From the sequence record SRR20825010_2246: 38,494 nucleotides of DNA. One strand, given 5' to 3'. The translations under genes were made by a program, and so were the position numbers. The notes beneath the pieces are model-generated. The model was given only the letters and a program-made list of their open reading frames with translations. It was not told where the DNA came from and made no database searches. Shown in pieces: positions 9,426 to 19,950 of the stretch (position 1 is its first letter; each line of letters starts with the position of its first letter).

Positions 9426-10415
9426 TCAGAGCTTACGCAACTGCACGTCGCGGATGCGGTGATCCTCGCCCTTGCGCAGGATCGCCTGCGCCCGCTGACG
9501 CGTGGGCAGGATATTCTTGCGCAAGTTTGCCAGATTGATCGATGTCCAGATACCGTCTGCCGTTGCAACCGCTTCCTCGTCCGACAATTTTGCGAAGCGA
9601 TGGAAGAAGGCATCGGGGTCGGTGAAGGATGTGGAACGCAGGCTGAGAAAGCGTTCGATATACCAGCGGCGAATGTCGGCGATATCGGCATCGAGATAAA
9701 TCGAGAAATCGAAAAAGTCAGAGACAAAAGGCTGCGGCTCCTCGCCATCGGCGGGCTTCCACGGCTGCAGGACATTCAGACCTTCAACAATCAGGATATC
9801 GGGCTGATCGACGGTGATCGTTTCGCCCGGAATGATGTCATAGGAAAAATGCGAATAGACCGGAGCTTCGACGTTGCGCATGCCGGCTTTGACATCCGAC
9901 AGAAACTGGATGAGGCGACCCGCATCGAAGCTTTCGGGAAAGCCCTTACGACCCATCAGGTTGCGCTCTTCCAGAACCTTGTTGGGGAAGAGAAAACCGT
10001 CTGTCGTGATGAGATCGACTTTAGGATGGTTTGGCCAACGGGCGAGCAGCGTACGCATGATACGCGCTGACGTGCTTTTGCCGACAGCCACCGAACCGGC
10101 GATCCCGATAATATAGGGAACCTTCGCCTGCGCGTGACCGAGGAAGTCAGAGGTGACGCGATAAAGTTCCTGCGTCTCCAGCACATAGAGATTGATGAGA
10201 CGCGAAAGCGGCAGATAAATCTCGCTGACTTCATCGAGCGAAATACGTTCGCCGAAACCTTTCAGTTCTTCGAGTTCCGCTTCGCTGAGAGGCAGAGGTG
10301 TATCTTTGCGCAGCTTGCCCCATTCAGCCGCTGTGAAATGGCGATAGGGCGACGACGTCGCATCATCACGCAGACCGTTTGCGAGGGTTGCACTCATTTT
10401 TTCACTCGCTGTCAT
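9426..10415 (-). CDS. coaA: Type I pantothenate kinase
   Basis: [18 protein letters not shown]-loop, TTDGFL, KGFPES, EGLNVLQ. Confidence 0.96.
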   Translation of the reverse strand: MTASEKMSATLANGLRDDATSSPYRHFTAAEWGKLRKDTPLPLSEAELEELKGFGERISLDEVSEIYLPLSRLINLYVLETQELYRVTSDFLGHAQAKVPYIIGIAGSVAVGKSTSARIMRTLLARWPNHPKVDLITTDGFLFPNKVLEERNLMGRKGFPESFDAGRLIQFLSDVKAGMRNVEAPVYSHFSYDIIPGETITVDQPDILIVEGLNVLQPWKPADGEEPQPFVSDFFDFSIYLDADIADIRRWYIERFLSLRSTSFTDPDAFFHRFAKLSDEEAVATADGIWTSINLANLRKNILPTRQRAQAILRKGEDHRIRDVQLRKL

Positions 10416-10750
10416 GCGCCGGATCCGCTTGTGCGTGAGGCTTTTTCATCAATGCCGGAACGGCCTTCGCGTCTGGCCAGTTCGGCATAGACCTCGGCGG
10501 GCGAGACATCGACCGCAGCAAGAGTGACAAGCCAGTGATAAAGAAGGTCGGCGCTTTCAGAAATGACCGCCTGACGGTCATCCCCCAGCGAGGCTATGAC
10601 AGTTTCGATGGCTTCCTCGCCCAGCTTGCGCGCGCAGAGCGCCGCGCCGCCCGCCATGAGTTTGGCGGAATAGGACGTGGTGGCATCTTGCCCCTTACGG
10701 GAGGCAATGACCGTGAAAAGCCGGTCCAATTCGGTTGCATCGACTGCCAT
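10412..10750 (-). CDS. hisE: Phosphoribosyl-ATP diphosphatase
   Basis: [22 protein letters not shown]; start moved to ATG 10750; stop overlaps coaA start. Confidence 0.93.
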   Translation of the reverse strand: MAVDATELDRLFTVIASRKGQDATTSYSAKLMAGGAALCARKLGEEAIETVIASLGDDRQAVISESADLLYHWLVTLAAVDVSPAEVYAELARREGRSGIDEKASRTSGSGA

Positions 10751-10836
10751 GCGGGCATCCCCGTCGAAGAAAAGCCGCCCAGTCGGAGACCCGAAAGGCT
10801 CCATACGGCGGCTCTGACTAGCAGATTTGACCGCTG

Positions 10837-10866
10837 GATACCAGACATGCGTCATAGCAGTGTCAA
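10837..10866 (-). promoter_or_regulatory. Candidate sigma70 promoter for hisE-coaA
   Basis: Perfect -35 TTGACA on minus strand (10866-10861); degenerate -10 region (TGGTATC) 17 nt downstream. Confidence 0.45.
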
Positions 10867-10899
10867 ACGACGAGGCTAATTGAATGAATGACGTTGCGT

Positions 10900-11976
10900 T
10901 TATGTGCGTGTCGTGAGCTTGATACCCGACAATTCACCCATTTTTGCGCCGGTTTTAATGGCGCCTTGCAAATTGGCACCACGTAAATCCGCGCCGCGCA
11001 GGTCGGCGCCCGTGAGATTGGCCCGTATCAGGATCGCATCGCGGAAGTCAGCAGCGGCAAGAAGAGCATGCGTAAAGTCGATGTCAGCCAAGATCGCGCC
11101 TTTAAAGACAGCCGATGCCAATACAGCCTTGCTGAAATCGAAACGCGATAGATCCATTTCGGAAAAATCGGCTCGGATGCCTTCGATCTGGTTGGACTGG
11201 ATCCACAACAAATGCTGACTAAGGATCTTGGCCATACGCTCAGGCCCCGGCGCGGTGCGAGCCTTTGTGGCGCGCATCATATCGCCCTTGCTGGTCGTTT
11301 CCTCATCCATGATCGCGCGACGCAGATCAGTGTCTGTCAAATTGGCGCCGGTCAGTTCCACGCCTTTGAGTTCGGCACCTGCGAAATTGGCACCGCGCAG
11401 ATCCGCACCCTTAAGGTTGACGCCGCTAAGCGAAGCTCCTTCGAAATTGGCTCCATGCAGTTTGCATTCGGCCAATTTGGTGCCGCGCAATTTGGCATTA
11501 CGGAAGCTTGAATTCTCGCGATTGCTCTGGGCACCATCGGCACGGATGACGACACCACGGCGCAGATCGGCGCCATCGAGACGCGCATCAGCCATGTCGG
11601 CATTTTCAAAACAAGCACCGCGCAGATCGGCCTGGGTGAAATCGGTGCGGGTCAGATTTGCGCCGTCGAAATTGGCGCTAAAAAGATTTGTGCCGATAAA
11701 ACGGGCATCTTCCAGATTTGCATCCTCGAAAGAACAGCCGATGAAGTGGGAATGGCTGAAATTGAGACCGCGGAAATCAAGGCCCGACAGATCGCAATCC
11801 TTCATCACGACGCACCAGCCATTGGGTACGCCTTTGAGATAGCGATTGTTCAACTCGCAAAGTTTCGCAATAGCTTCCTGACCGATGCGACGACCGATGA
11901 TTGCCTGCGGATCACGCTGAGCGTCGGCCTTCGACTTTTTGGCCGGGGCTTTGATCGGTGTTGGAGTGGCGGTCAT
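10900..11976 (-). CDS. Pentapeptide-repeat protein
   Basis: Long runs of A(D/N)Lxx repeats; start moved to ATG 11976 (AAAGG SD). Confidence 0.9.
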   Translation of the reverse strand: MTATPTPIKAPAKKSKADAQRDPQAIIGRRIGQEAIAKLCELNNRYLKGVPNGWCVVMKDCDLSGLDFRGLNFSHSHFIGCSFEDANLEDARFIGTNLFSANFDGANLTRTDFTQADLRGACFENADMADARLDGADLRRGVVIRADGAQSNRENSSFRNAKLRGTKLAECKLHGANFEGASLSGVNLKGADLRGANFAGAELKGVELTGANLTDTDLRRAIMDEETTSKGDMMRATKARTAPGPERMAKILSQHLLWIQSNQIEGIRADFSEMDLSRFDFSKAVLASAVFKGAILADIDFTHALLAAADFRDAILIRANLTGADLRGADLRGANLQGAIKTGAKMGELSGIKLTTRT

Positions 11977-12159
11977 AGCGTACCTTTCGGGTGTCGTCAC
12001 ACCCGGTGCAACTTCATACTACCGCCATGCTAGAAGGCAGGCCTTCAGATAGTCTTAATACCCGTAGAAAAAGCTGTTAGCCCCTAGAATTTAAAAGCTT
12101 TTCCAGCTTCAATTTTAAGGCCGAACATTAAAGTCATCGGTGGATTGAGAACGCGGTTT

Positions 12160-13713
12160 TTATCGCCAGTATTGTGGTTCATCCCGAAAAAAGCGCCACA
12201 TATTGTGGGCATTTTTCCATTCCCGATCTGCGCGGGCCTGATGCCACGTCAGAACCTTGCGACCGGCGGCCACCAAATGCGGTGTTTTCCGGCCAATCTC
12301 TTTCAGAATGAGTTCCGCCGCCTGCAAATCGTTTAGTGCACCGAAAACATCCTGAAGCGCGGAGAGGCGCTTGAGATAGGCACTGGTGGCGTCGGCAGGA
12401 AAAAGCCCGGAGAAGAACCCCATCGTATACCGCAGTTTTTTCAGACGCTTGCGCAATTCATGTCGGTCGCGCAGTTCCAGATCAGAAATATCACGTGCGA
12501 GCTTGGTCACTGATTTGAGGCGGCGGGAAAATGCAGTTGCCGCAAATTTCCGAACGGGAGATTTCAATTCGCGCTTACGGGAAGCAGACATGTAAGCCCG
12601 CCAGCCTTTTTCATCGAGATAGAGCGCCAATGCGAGCAAAAAGCGGGTGACACGGGGAGACGCCATATGAGCATGCGCCTCATCCCATACCTTGATGCGT
12701 TCTTTGGCAACGGCTGAGGCCAGAACAGCAAGTGACTTGCTCTTTGGGTGCGCCGCTAAAACAGGTGACAGGATCTGATCAAGAAACACATCAAGATCGC
12801 GGGCCTGTCCGATTGCCCGGGTGAGCCATTTGGCCTCGCGCGCAAAATATTCTTCCTGCTCACCATCCATGACACGGCCAAATACCAGAAAGGCCGAACG
12901 CAACCGACGCAAGCCCACGCGTGTCTGATGAAGACTCTCAGGCGTGCCAGTGGCAATCGCCACCGACTGATTTGTCAGAATGTGGCCAAGGCACTGGCGC
13001 AGGATTGCCTCGTAAGCTGCTTCCAAAGAAATGCCACGGGAAAGAAGCAAGGGACCGGGGCGCACAGGCTGGGGCGGAATCCCCTTGGCCAGCGCGTGCC
13101 CGCGTTCGGATTTTGAGCGCATACCAATTTGCAGAGGAACGATATCGGCCAGTTGAAGCGCAAGGCGATAGAGATCGGCCGAGGTGCCGCGCTTCAATTC
13201 GAGTTCGATTTCGTTGACAGTTTGGTCACGACCTTCCGCATGAATGACACCCTGATCGATGACCATTTCGACCTCGCCTCCTTGCGGGGTATCCAGGCTG
13301 AAAATGCGACGGTGGATGCGTGTTTCAAAGCGTGGTGTGAGTGATTTTTCTTCACCCACCAGCCGGATAATCTGGCGATGCAAAGTTGCGGGCAGCTGGG
13401 TGAGATCGGGGCGTGCGCTTGCCTTGGGCAAACGCTCTTCCCACTCGCCTCGGTTGCTCGCCGGAGCCGAGTCTGCGCGTGGTGTCTTCAGGGTTTGGAC
13501 AAGTTCGTCTCCGCCTTCACGCAAACGCAGAGCAAAGCCTGCCTGCATCAGGCGAAAATCGGGTGTGTCGAAATAGGCCGCGTTGAGGGTCTTGCTCTGG
13601 GATTTGCCGTTTCGCATGCGTGCGAAAGCCCGGGCACGGGTCAGACGTTCCAATGCGGCGGGTGTCGCTTCGAGCTTCAGCTCGATCTCTCGATCGGACT
13701 CGTCGTCGGGCAT
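12160..13713 (-). CDS. CYTH + CHAD domain protein (YgiF-like triphosphatase)
   Basis: EIELK, YFDTPD, EIELELK (CYTH); LHQTRVGLRRLRS, HELRKRLKKLRY, LQDVFGALND (CHAD). Confidence 0.92.
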   Translation of the reverse strand: MPDDESDREIELKLEATPAALERLTRARAFARMRNGKSQSKTLNAAYFDTPDFRLMQAGFALRLREGGDELVQTLKTPRADSAPASNRGEWEERLPKASARPDLTQLPATLHRQIIRLVGEEKSLTPRFETRIHRRIFSLDTPQGGEVEMVIDQGVIHAEGRDQTVNEIELELKRGTSADLYRLALQLADIVPLQIGMRSKSERGHALAKGIPPQPVRPGPLLLSRGISLEAAYEAILRQCLGHILTNQSVAIATGTPESLHQTRVGLRRLRSAFLVFGRVMDGEQEEYFAREAKWLTRAIGQARDLDVFLDQILSPVLAAHPKSKSLAVLASAVAKERIKVWDEAHAHMASPRVTRFLLALALYLDEKGWRAYMSASRKRELKSPVRKFAATAFSRRLKSVTKLARDISDLELRDRHELRKRLKKLRYTMGFFSGLFPADATSAYLKRLSALQDVFGALNDLQAAELILKEIGRKTPHLVAAGRKVLTWHQARADREWKNAHNMWRFFRDEPQYWR

Positions 13714-13828
13714 GCATTTTCACCGGCAAGAATGATCGTGGCATTCTGACCTGACAAAAACAAAGAAGGCAATGCGGCGTATGAGACCTTTCATCCGTCC
13801 GCAAATGGTTCTCAAAAACAAAAATCCA

Positions 13829-14587
13829 TCAAAGACGCATGGGGATACCGGCTTTGGCCATATGAGCCTTAGCTTCGCCAACAGAATGGGTGCCGAAATG
13901 GAAAATCGAGGCGGCAAGGACAGCACTTGCATGGCCTTCGCGGACACCGGCGACGAGATCATCCAACGTACCAACGCCGCCAGACGCAATGACCGGAATG
14001 GACACGGCATCTGCAACCGCGCGGGTGAGCGGGATATTGTAGCCCGCCTTTGAGCCATCGCGATCCATGGAGGTGAGCAGGATTTCGCCTGCGCCATGTT
14101 CCATCATCTTTCGGGCGAAATCGACCGCGCCGATGCCTGTGCGGTTGCGCCCGCCATGGGTGAATATTTCCCAATGGCCGGGGGAGACTTCCTTGGCATC
14201 AATGGCGACAACGATACACTGGTTGCCGAATTTCTCGGCTGCTTCACGCACAAAATCGGGGCGCTCGACGGCGGCCGTGTTGATCGAAACTTTGTCGGCA
14301 CCGGCGAGCAGAAGCTTGCGCACATCATCGACGGTGCGCACACCACCGCCGACGGTCAGCGGCATGAAGCATTGTTCGGCGGTCTGGGCGACAACATCGA
14401 AAATGATTGCGCGTTCTTCGTGGCTTGCCGTGATGTCGAGAAAGCAAAGTTCGTCGGCGCCTGCCGCATCATAAGCCCGCGCGGCGGCGACCGGGTCGCC
14501 CGCATCGACGAGATCGACAAAGTTGACGCCTTTGACGACGCGCCCGTCTTTCACATCGAGACAGGGAATGACGCGAGCTTTGAGCAT
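13829..14587 (-). CDS. hisF: Imidazole glycerol phosphate synthase cyclase subunit
   Basis: [38 protein letters not shown]. Confidence 0.98.
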   Translation of the reverse strand: MLKARVIPCLDVKDGRVVKGVNFVDLVDAGDPVAAARAYDAAGADELCFLDITASHEERAIIFDVVAQTAEQCFMPLTVGGGVRTVDDVRKLLLAGADKVSINTAAVERPDFVREAAEKFGNQCIVVAIDAKEVSPGHWEIFTHGGRNRTGIGAVDFARKMMEHGAGEILLTSMDRDGSKAGYNIPLTRAVADAVSIPVIASGGVGTLDDLVAGVREGHASAVLAASIFHFGTHSVGEAKAHMAKAGIPMRL

Positions 14588-15318
14588 CAGGCAGCGTCCT
14601 TCAAAAGCTTGAGCGCGGCGGGAATATCAATGCGACCATCATAAAGCGCCCGACCGGAAATCGCGCCTTCGAGACCTTTGCAATTGGCAGCGACGAGACG
14701 ACGAATGTCATCAATATCCGACAGGCCACCAGACGCGATAACGGGAATGGAGATTGCGTCGGCAAGGTCCACGGTTGCTTCGATATTAAGACCTTCCAGC
14801 ACACCATCGCGCGCGATGTCTGTGTAGATGATGGCAGAGACACCGGCATCCTGAAAACGGTTGGCCATGTCGAGGACGGACAGGGTTGAGACTTCCGCCC
14901 AGCCTTCGGTGGCAACGAAACCGTCTTTTGCATCAAGTCCGACAGCGATGCGGCCGGGAAATTTCTTGCAGGCCTCGATGACGAGGTCGGGATTTTTGAC
15001 TGCTGCGGTTCCGATAATAACGCGCGTGATACCTTTGGACAGCCATGTCTCAATGGTAGCCAGATCGCGGATGCCACCGCCGAGCTGCACTGGAATATTG
15101 ATGGCCGCCAGAATGGCATCAACAGCGGCCGCATTGACGGGCCGACCCTCGAATGCACCGTTCAGATCAACGAGGTGGAGATATTCAAAACCTTGTTTGA
15201 CAAAGGCTCGCGCCTGGTCGGCAGGGCTATCATTGAAGACAGTCGCCTGATCCATCAGTCCACGGACGAGACGGACGCATTGGCCGTCTTTGAGATCGAT
15301 TGCAGGAAAAAGGATCAT
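14587..15318 (-). CDS. hisA: ProFAR isomerase
   Basis: [32 protein letters not shown]; start at ATG 15318. Confidence 0.97.
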   Translation of the reverse strand: MILFPAIDLKDGQCVRLVRGLMDQATVFNDSPADQARAFVKQGFEYLHLVDLNGAFEGRPVNAAAVDAILAAINIPVQLGGGIRDLATIETWLSKGITRVIIGTAAVKNPDLVIEACKKFPGRIAVGLDAKDGFVATEGWAEVSTLSVLDMANRFQDAGVSAIIYTDIARDGVLEGLNIEATVDLADAISIPVIASGGLSDIDDIRRLVAANCKGLEGAISGRALYDGRIDIPAALKLLKDAA

Positions 15319-15320
15319 AA

Positions 15321-15974
15321 TCAGGGACGCCACTTCAGGAAATTTCCGATGAGCTGGAGACCGAGGGTCTGGCTCTTCTCGGGATGGAATTGTGTGCCCG
15401 CCATGTTATCGCGCGCGACCATGGCAGTGACGGGTCCGCCGTAATCTGTGCGGGCGACAATGTCGGCTTCATCATTGGGACGCATGGCATAGGAATGCAC
15501 GAAATAGGCATGCAAGCCATTCTCACCCAACTCCAAACCATCAAGCAGCGGATGAGGGCGGAGCGCAGTCAGCGTGTTCCAGCCCATATGCGGAATCTTG
15601 AGATCGGGATCGAACGGCTGTAGGGCGCTGACTTCGCCTTCGATCCAGCCCAGACCATTATGCACGCCATATTCGATGCCGCGCGTGGCCATGAGCTGCA
15701 TGCCGACACAAATGCCGAAAAAAGGGCGGGCATGCCGGATCACACATTCGTTAAGTGTATCGACCATGCCGTCGATCGCATCAAGACCGGCACGGCAATC
15801 GCCGAACGCACCAACGCCGGGCAGCACAACGCGGTCTGCGCTGCGCACGTCCTTGATCGAACCGGAAACGAGTACGCGTGTTTCGACACCGGTCTCGCGC
15901 GCAGCACGTTCAAAGGCCTTGGCAGCGGAGCGGAGGTTTCCCGATCCGTAATCAACAATCGTAATCAGCTGCAT
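15321..15974 (-). CDS. hisH: IGP synthase glutaminase subunit
   Basis: [36 protein letters not shown]. Confidence 0.97.
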   Translation of the reverse strand: MQLITIVDYGSGNLRSAAKAFERAARETGVETRVLVSGSIKDVRSADRVVLPGVGAFGDCRAGLDAIDGMVDTLNECVIRHARPFFGICVGMQLMATRGIEYGVHNGLGWIEGEVSALQPFDPDLKIPHMGWNTLTALRPHPLLDGLELGENGLHAYFVHSYAMRPNDEADIVARTDYGGPVTAMVARDNMAGTQFHPEKSQTLGLQLIGNFLKWRP

Positions 15975-15977
15975 GGA

Positions 15978-16460
15978 TCAGACTCCCGCATGGGGAAACA
16001 GGCCGAGCGGCTCATCCTCGCGGGATGATTTGCGCGGCCAGACGGGGGCGGAAACAGGGCGAGGTGCAACAGGCGCGGCGGCGGCAATGGGGCGCGTCCA
16101 GTGACGAAAGAAATCGCGCTCGGCGGAGAGAAGATCGGGGCCGGACGCAATGCCGATTTCACGATAGCCACGACGCCGCAATGTCCAGCGTTCAATGTCA
16201 TGGGCGGCGACGGCCAGAAAACCCTGCATGATGAAATTGACGGCAAAGATGAGTTCTTCACTGGCGCCCAGCGCCTTTGCGGAAAGCGCTACAGCAACGG
16301 ACAGAGCAAACCAGAGTGCAGCCGCAATCCAGAGGCGCTTTACCAGCAACCAAAGAAGTGTGAAGACGGCGGCTGGCCAAGAGAAGCCTTCGCGCACGAA
16401 AACAATGCCTCGACCATCTGCCGGAGCGCCGCTCAGTTCATGCACTGTATATATGCGCAT
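15978..16460 (-). CDS. DUF2628-like membrane protein
   Basis: MRIYTVH...FVREGFSWPAA...LRRRGY...AERDFF; between hisB and hisH. Confidence 0.75.
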   Translation of the reverse strand: MRIYTVHELSGAPADGRGIVFVREGFSWPAAVFTLLWLLVKRLWIAAALWFALSVAVALSAKALGASEELIFAVNFIMQGFLAVAAHDIERWTLRRRGYREIGIASGPDLLSAERDFFRHWTRPIAAAAPVAPRPVSAPVWPRKSSREDEPLGLFPHAGV

Positions 16461-16531
16461 TATTCCGTCCTTGAGTTTGCCCATTATCTAGGGCAAAGCG
16501 CGCGAAAAGGCCAGAGCAGGAGATCAGGGTC

Positions 16532-17155
16532 TCAGGTGCCGAGCTTGCCCTTGGTGGAGGGAATGCGATCGGCCATGCGCGGATCGATCTCGATCGCATC
16601 GCGTAGCGCCCGTGCCAAACCTTTGAAGCAACTCTCGACAATGTGGTGGTTGTTTTCGCCATACATGTTTTCCATGTGCAGCGTGATACCGGCGTTCTGC
16701 GCGAAGGCCTGAAACCATTCCTTGAAAAGCTCGGTATCCATGTCGCCAAGTTTCGGCTTGGAGAAATCGACCTTCCAGATCAGATAGGGGCGCTGCGAGA
16801 CGTCGATGGAGACGCGCGTGCAGGTCTCATCCATCGGAATGATGGCGGTCGCATAACGGCGGATGCCTTTGAAATCGCCCAGAGCCTGACGCACGGCTTC
16901 GCCGATCACAATGCCGGTATCCTCGGTCGTGTGGTGAAAATCGATATGGAGATCGCCCACTGCACGGACCTTGAGATCGATCAGCGAATGGCGCGAAAGC
17001 TGCTCAAGCATATGGTCGAGAAAACCGATGCCCGTATCGACGTCATATTCACCCGTTCCATCAAGATCGAGAGACACAAAAATTTCGGTCTCTTTGGTCT
17101 TTCGCTCGATGGTGGCCACGCGGCCTTCGCTCTCATGGATCATCTGGTCACTCAT
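16532..17155 (-). CDS. hisB: Imidazoleglycerol-phosphate dehydratase
   Basis: [39 protein letters not shown]. Confidence 0.98.
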   Translation of the reverse strand: MSDQMIHESEGRVATIERKTKETEIFVSLDLDGTGEYDVDTGIGFLDHMLEQLSRHSLIDLKVRAVGDLHIDFHHTTEDTGIVIGEAVRQALGDFKGIRRYATAIIPMDETCTRVSIDVSQRPYLIWKVDFSKPKLGDMDTELFKEWFQAFAQNAGITLHMENMYGENNHHIVESCFKGLARALRDAIEIDPRMADRIPSTKGKLGT

Positions 17156-17539
17156 ATTCGGATTACCCGTTTCTGTTTTTCAAAATCGGCAGAACAGGCT
17201 TTTGCGGGTTTTAACAGCGGACCGTGTTTTGAGCCAGTCACTATTGAAAAGCAAAGCGAGCGGGAGAAAGGTGGATCGGGGAAACTTGTGCCACAGCAAT
17301 GGCTTACATGACGTTAACCAAAATTTCCGTCTGGACTTCAGAGATTACTTTAATATGCGGGAGTCAATTCTCAAAGAGTCACCTTAAATACCTGGTTCAA
17401 TTGATAAAGCTGTCGCGAAGCTTTGGCCAATTGGACTGTCACAAATTTGATTTCATAAATTTACTATATTGCAGTTGCGAAAGGAACCAAATGCGTTAAC
17501 CTTATTGTCTATTCTTAAACCGGAATGCGGAGTGGGCCT

Positions 17540-17704
17540 ATGACCAACAGACCCTTCTGGCGCCGATTACTCGGCGTTCGCCAAAAGCGCGTTTCCTTCT
17601 ACGAAAGCCAGCATGTCATGCAACTGGCCGTAGAACGCGAACGCAACAAGGTTCAACAAAACACTACGGATGCTACCGCCAAACGCGAGAAAAGTGCCGG
17701 TTAG
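17540..17704 (+). CDS. Small hypothetical protein (54 aa)
   Basis: GGAG SD 7 nt before ATG; MTNRPFWRRLLGVRQKRVSFYESQHVMQLAVERERNKVQQNTTDATAKREKSAG; in otherwise empty spacer. Confidence 0.55.
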   Translation: MTNRPFWRRLLGVRQKRVSFYESQHVMQLAVERERNKVQQNTTDATAKREKSAG

Positions 17705-17760
17705 TGCCGCTTTGCCGCTCTGCTCGGCGACTTTGCATACCAAAAGGTGACATGCAGCGA

Positions 17761-17789
17761 CTTGACCCCTTGAAGGAAAGTCGCCACAT
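17761..17789 (+). promoter_or_regulatory. Candidate sigma70/RpoH-type promoter of hslVU
   Basis: CTTGAC-N17-CCACAT about 80 nt upstream of hslV. Confidence 0.4.
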
Positions 17790-17870
17790 GGAGGGCGTAT
17801 TCGTTCCGCATAAAGGAGCGTCTTATTGTTCCCTCCTTTGGGCTAATGCCCGATATTTCCGGAAAGCTCC

Positions 17871-18434
17871 ATGTCTGATCCACGTTCCCACGGCCTTGTT
17901 CAATGGCACGGCACAACCATTCTGACGGTTCGCAAGAACGGCAAAGTGGTAGTGGCCGGTGACGGACAGGTTTCTATGGGTGACACGATCATGAAGGGCA
18001 ATGCCCGTAAAGTGCGTCCACTTGGAAATGGCAAGGTGATTGCGGGTTTTGCCGGTGCGACGGCCGATGCCATGACTCTTTTTGAGCGTTTGGAAGGCAA
18101 GCTGGAGCAATATCCCGGACAATTGACACGGGCTTGCGTGGAACTGGCGAAAGACTGGCGGACCGACCGCTATCTGCGCCGTCTCGAAGCACTGATGATC
18201 GTGGCCGATGCGCAGGCAAGCCTTGTGCTGACAGGCAATGGTGACGTGCTGGAGCCGGAAGGCGGCATTGTCGGGATCGGGTCCGGCGGCAATTATGCTC
18301 TGGCTGCGGCCCGCGCCCTGGCCGATATTGACCTATCCGCCGAAGAAATTGCCCGCAAAGCGATGAAGATCGCCGGAGAGATCTGTGTTTACACGAACAA
18401 CAACCTGACCGTTGAAGTTCTGGACGCGGAATAA
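17871..18434 (+). CDS. hslV: ATP-dependent protease peptidase subunit HslV
   Basis: Propeptide then HGTTIL (N-terminal Thr nucleophile), [23 protein letters not shown]. Confidence 0.98.
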   Translation: MSDPRSHGLVQWHGTTILTVRKNGKVVVAGDGQVSMGDTIMKGNARKVRPLGNGKVIAGFAGATADAMTLFERLEGKLEQYPGQLTRACVELAKDWRTDRYLRRLEALMIVADAQASLVLTGNGDVLEPEGGIVGIGSGGNYALAAARALADIDLSAEEIARKAMKIAGEICVYTNNNLTVEVLDAE

Positions 18435-18489
18435 CGCACTTTTACTCCATTCGTAGCTGTTTTTACCTGTAATCGATTATCGAGAGACC

Positions 18490-19794
18490 ATGACCAGCTT
18501 TTCGCCGCGCGAAATCGTATCCGAACTCGACCGCTATATTATCGGCCAGAACGAAGCCAAACGGGCTGTGGCCATTGCCCTGCGCAATCGTTGGCGCCGG
18601 CAGCAACTACCTGAAGCTCTACGTGACGAGGTTCTGCCCAAGAATATCCTGATGATCGGACCGACAGGTGTAGGCAAGACCGAGATCTCGCGCAGGCTCG
18701 CAAGACTGGCAGAAGCTCCCTTCATCAAGGTGGAAGCAACGAAATTTACCGAAGTTGGTTATGTCGGGCGCGATGTGGAACAGATCATCCGCGATCTCAT
18801 TGAGGTCGGCATTTCGCTGCTGCGCGAGAAAAAGCGAAAGGACGTTCAGGCCAAGGCCCATTTGAATGCCGAGAGCCGTGTGCTGGACGCATTGGTGGGC
18901 AAAAGCGCCGCCGAAGCCACACGCGAGAGCTTCCGCCGCAAACTGCGTGACGGGGAGCTGGACGAAAAGGAAGTCGAAGTCGAAGTGGCCGATCAGGGCG
19001 GCATGCCGAATTTCGACATTCCCGGCATGCCCGGCGGCAATGTGAGCATGATCAATCTCTCCGAAATGTTCGGCAAGGCGCTGGGCGGGCGCACCAAAAC
19101 CCGCAAGATGCAAGTGCGCGACAGCTACACGCTGTTGATTGCCGAGGAATCCGACAAGCTGCTTGATCAGGAACAGCTTACACAGGAAGCCATTAAACTG
19201 GTGGAACAGTCGGGCATCGTCTTTCTGGATGAGATCGATAAAATCTGCGCGCGCGCCGAACGCCAGGGTGGTGATGTGAGCCGCGAAGGCGTGCAGCGCG
19301 ATTTGCTGCCACTGATTGAAGGCACGACGGTTGCCACAAAGCATGGGGCAGTGAAGACCGACCATATCCTCTTCATTGCGTCCGGTGCTTTCCATATTGC
19401 CAAACCTTCCGACCTGCTGCCCGAGCTGCAGGGGCGACTGCCCATCCGCGTGGAGCTACAGGCGCTGACACGAGACGATTTTGTGCGCATCCTGACTGAG
19501 CCCGAAGCAAGCCTCATCAAACAGTATGTGGCGTTGATGGAAACAGAAGGTCTGACGCTGGAGTTTAAGCCGGACGGGATCGAGGCCATTGCCTCCATTG
19601 CCGCCGATGTGAACAGCACCGTAGAAAATATTGGGGCGCGTCGCCTGCACACAGTTCTGGAACGAGTGCTGGACGAAATTTCCTTTTCAGCGACCGACAA
19701 GGCTGGTCAGATGGTGGAAATCGACGCCGCTTATGTGAATGAACGGGTCAGCGACCTGTCCAAGAACGCCGATCTTTCAAAGTTCATTCTTTAA
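18490..19794 (+). CDS. hslU: ATP-dependent protease ATPase subunit HslU
   Basis: [37 protein letters not shown]-terminal FIL. Confidence 0.98.
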   Translation: MTSFSPREIVSELDRYIIGQNEAKRAVAIALRNRWRRQQLPEALRDEVLPKNILMIGPTGVGKTEISRRLARLAEAPFIKVEATKFTEVGYVGRDVEQIIRDLIEVGISLLREKKRKDVQAKAHLNAESRVLDALVGKSAAEATRESFRRKLRDGELDEKEVEVEVADQGGMPNFDIPGMPGGNVSMINLSEMFGKALGGRTKTRKMQVRDSYTLLIAEESDKLLDQEQLTQEAIKLVEQSGIVFLDEIDKICARAERQGGDVSREGVQRDLLPLIEGTTVATKHGAVKTDHILFIASGAFHIAKPSDLLPELQGRLPIRVELQALTRDDFVRILTEPEASLIKQYVALMETEGLTLEFKPDGIEAIASIAADVNSTVENIGARRLHTVLERVLDEISFSATDKAGQMVEIDAAYVNERVSDLSKNADLSKFIL

Positions 19795-19836
19795 GGATTC
19801 AGAAAGACTTATCGCCTCAAGCGAATCTTTTCGGCG

Positions 19837-19950
19837 AAATTATTTCGACAATCGCGAGTCCTGATTTTCGGTGTTTTTCACCTATTCTTGAATTCGCTAT
19901 TTGTGAATCATTTGACGTAAAATTATTTCGCAAAACGCGAGTCGTGATTT
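19837..19950. repeat. Imperfect 31-bp direct repeat (two copies, 83-bp offset)
   Basis: AAATTATTTCGacaatCGCGAGTCcTGATTT (19837-19867) vs AAATTATTTCGcaaaaCGCGAGTCgTGATTT (19920-19950), 27/31 identical. Confidence 0.85.

Noticed and set aside
10751..10855. N-terminal extensions of hisE and other genes given by the ORF track (XRE, fxsA, porin, dienelactone hydrolase)
   Set aside because: Extensions lack family similarity and overlap promoters or neighbouring genes; downstream starts have better SD sequences
12055..12131. CtrA box upstream of the pentapeptide gene
   Set aside because: Several TTAA half-sites, but the best pair is spaced by 9 nt, not 7
2411..13713. Polyphosphate system linking the OprO/P porin and the CYTH-CHAD protein
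   Set aside because: 8 kb apart on opposite strands with unrelated genes between; no shared regulatory motif seen
17436..17462. Pho box or FixK/FNR site in the hisB-hslV spacer
   Set aside because: TCA(C/T)AAATTT repeats have a 14-bp period rather than 11, and TTGAT lacks an ATCAA half at N4
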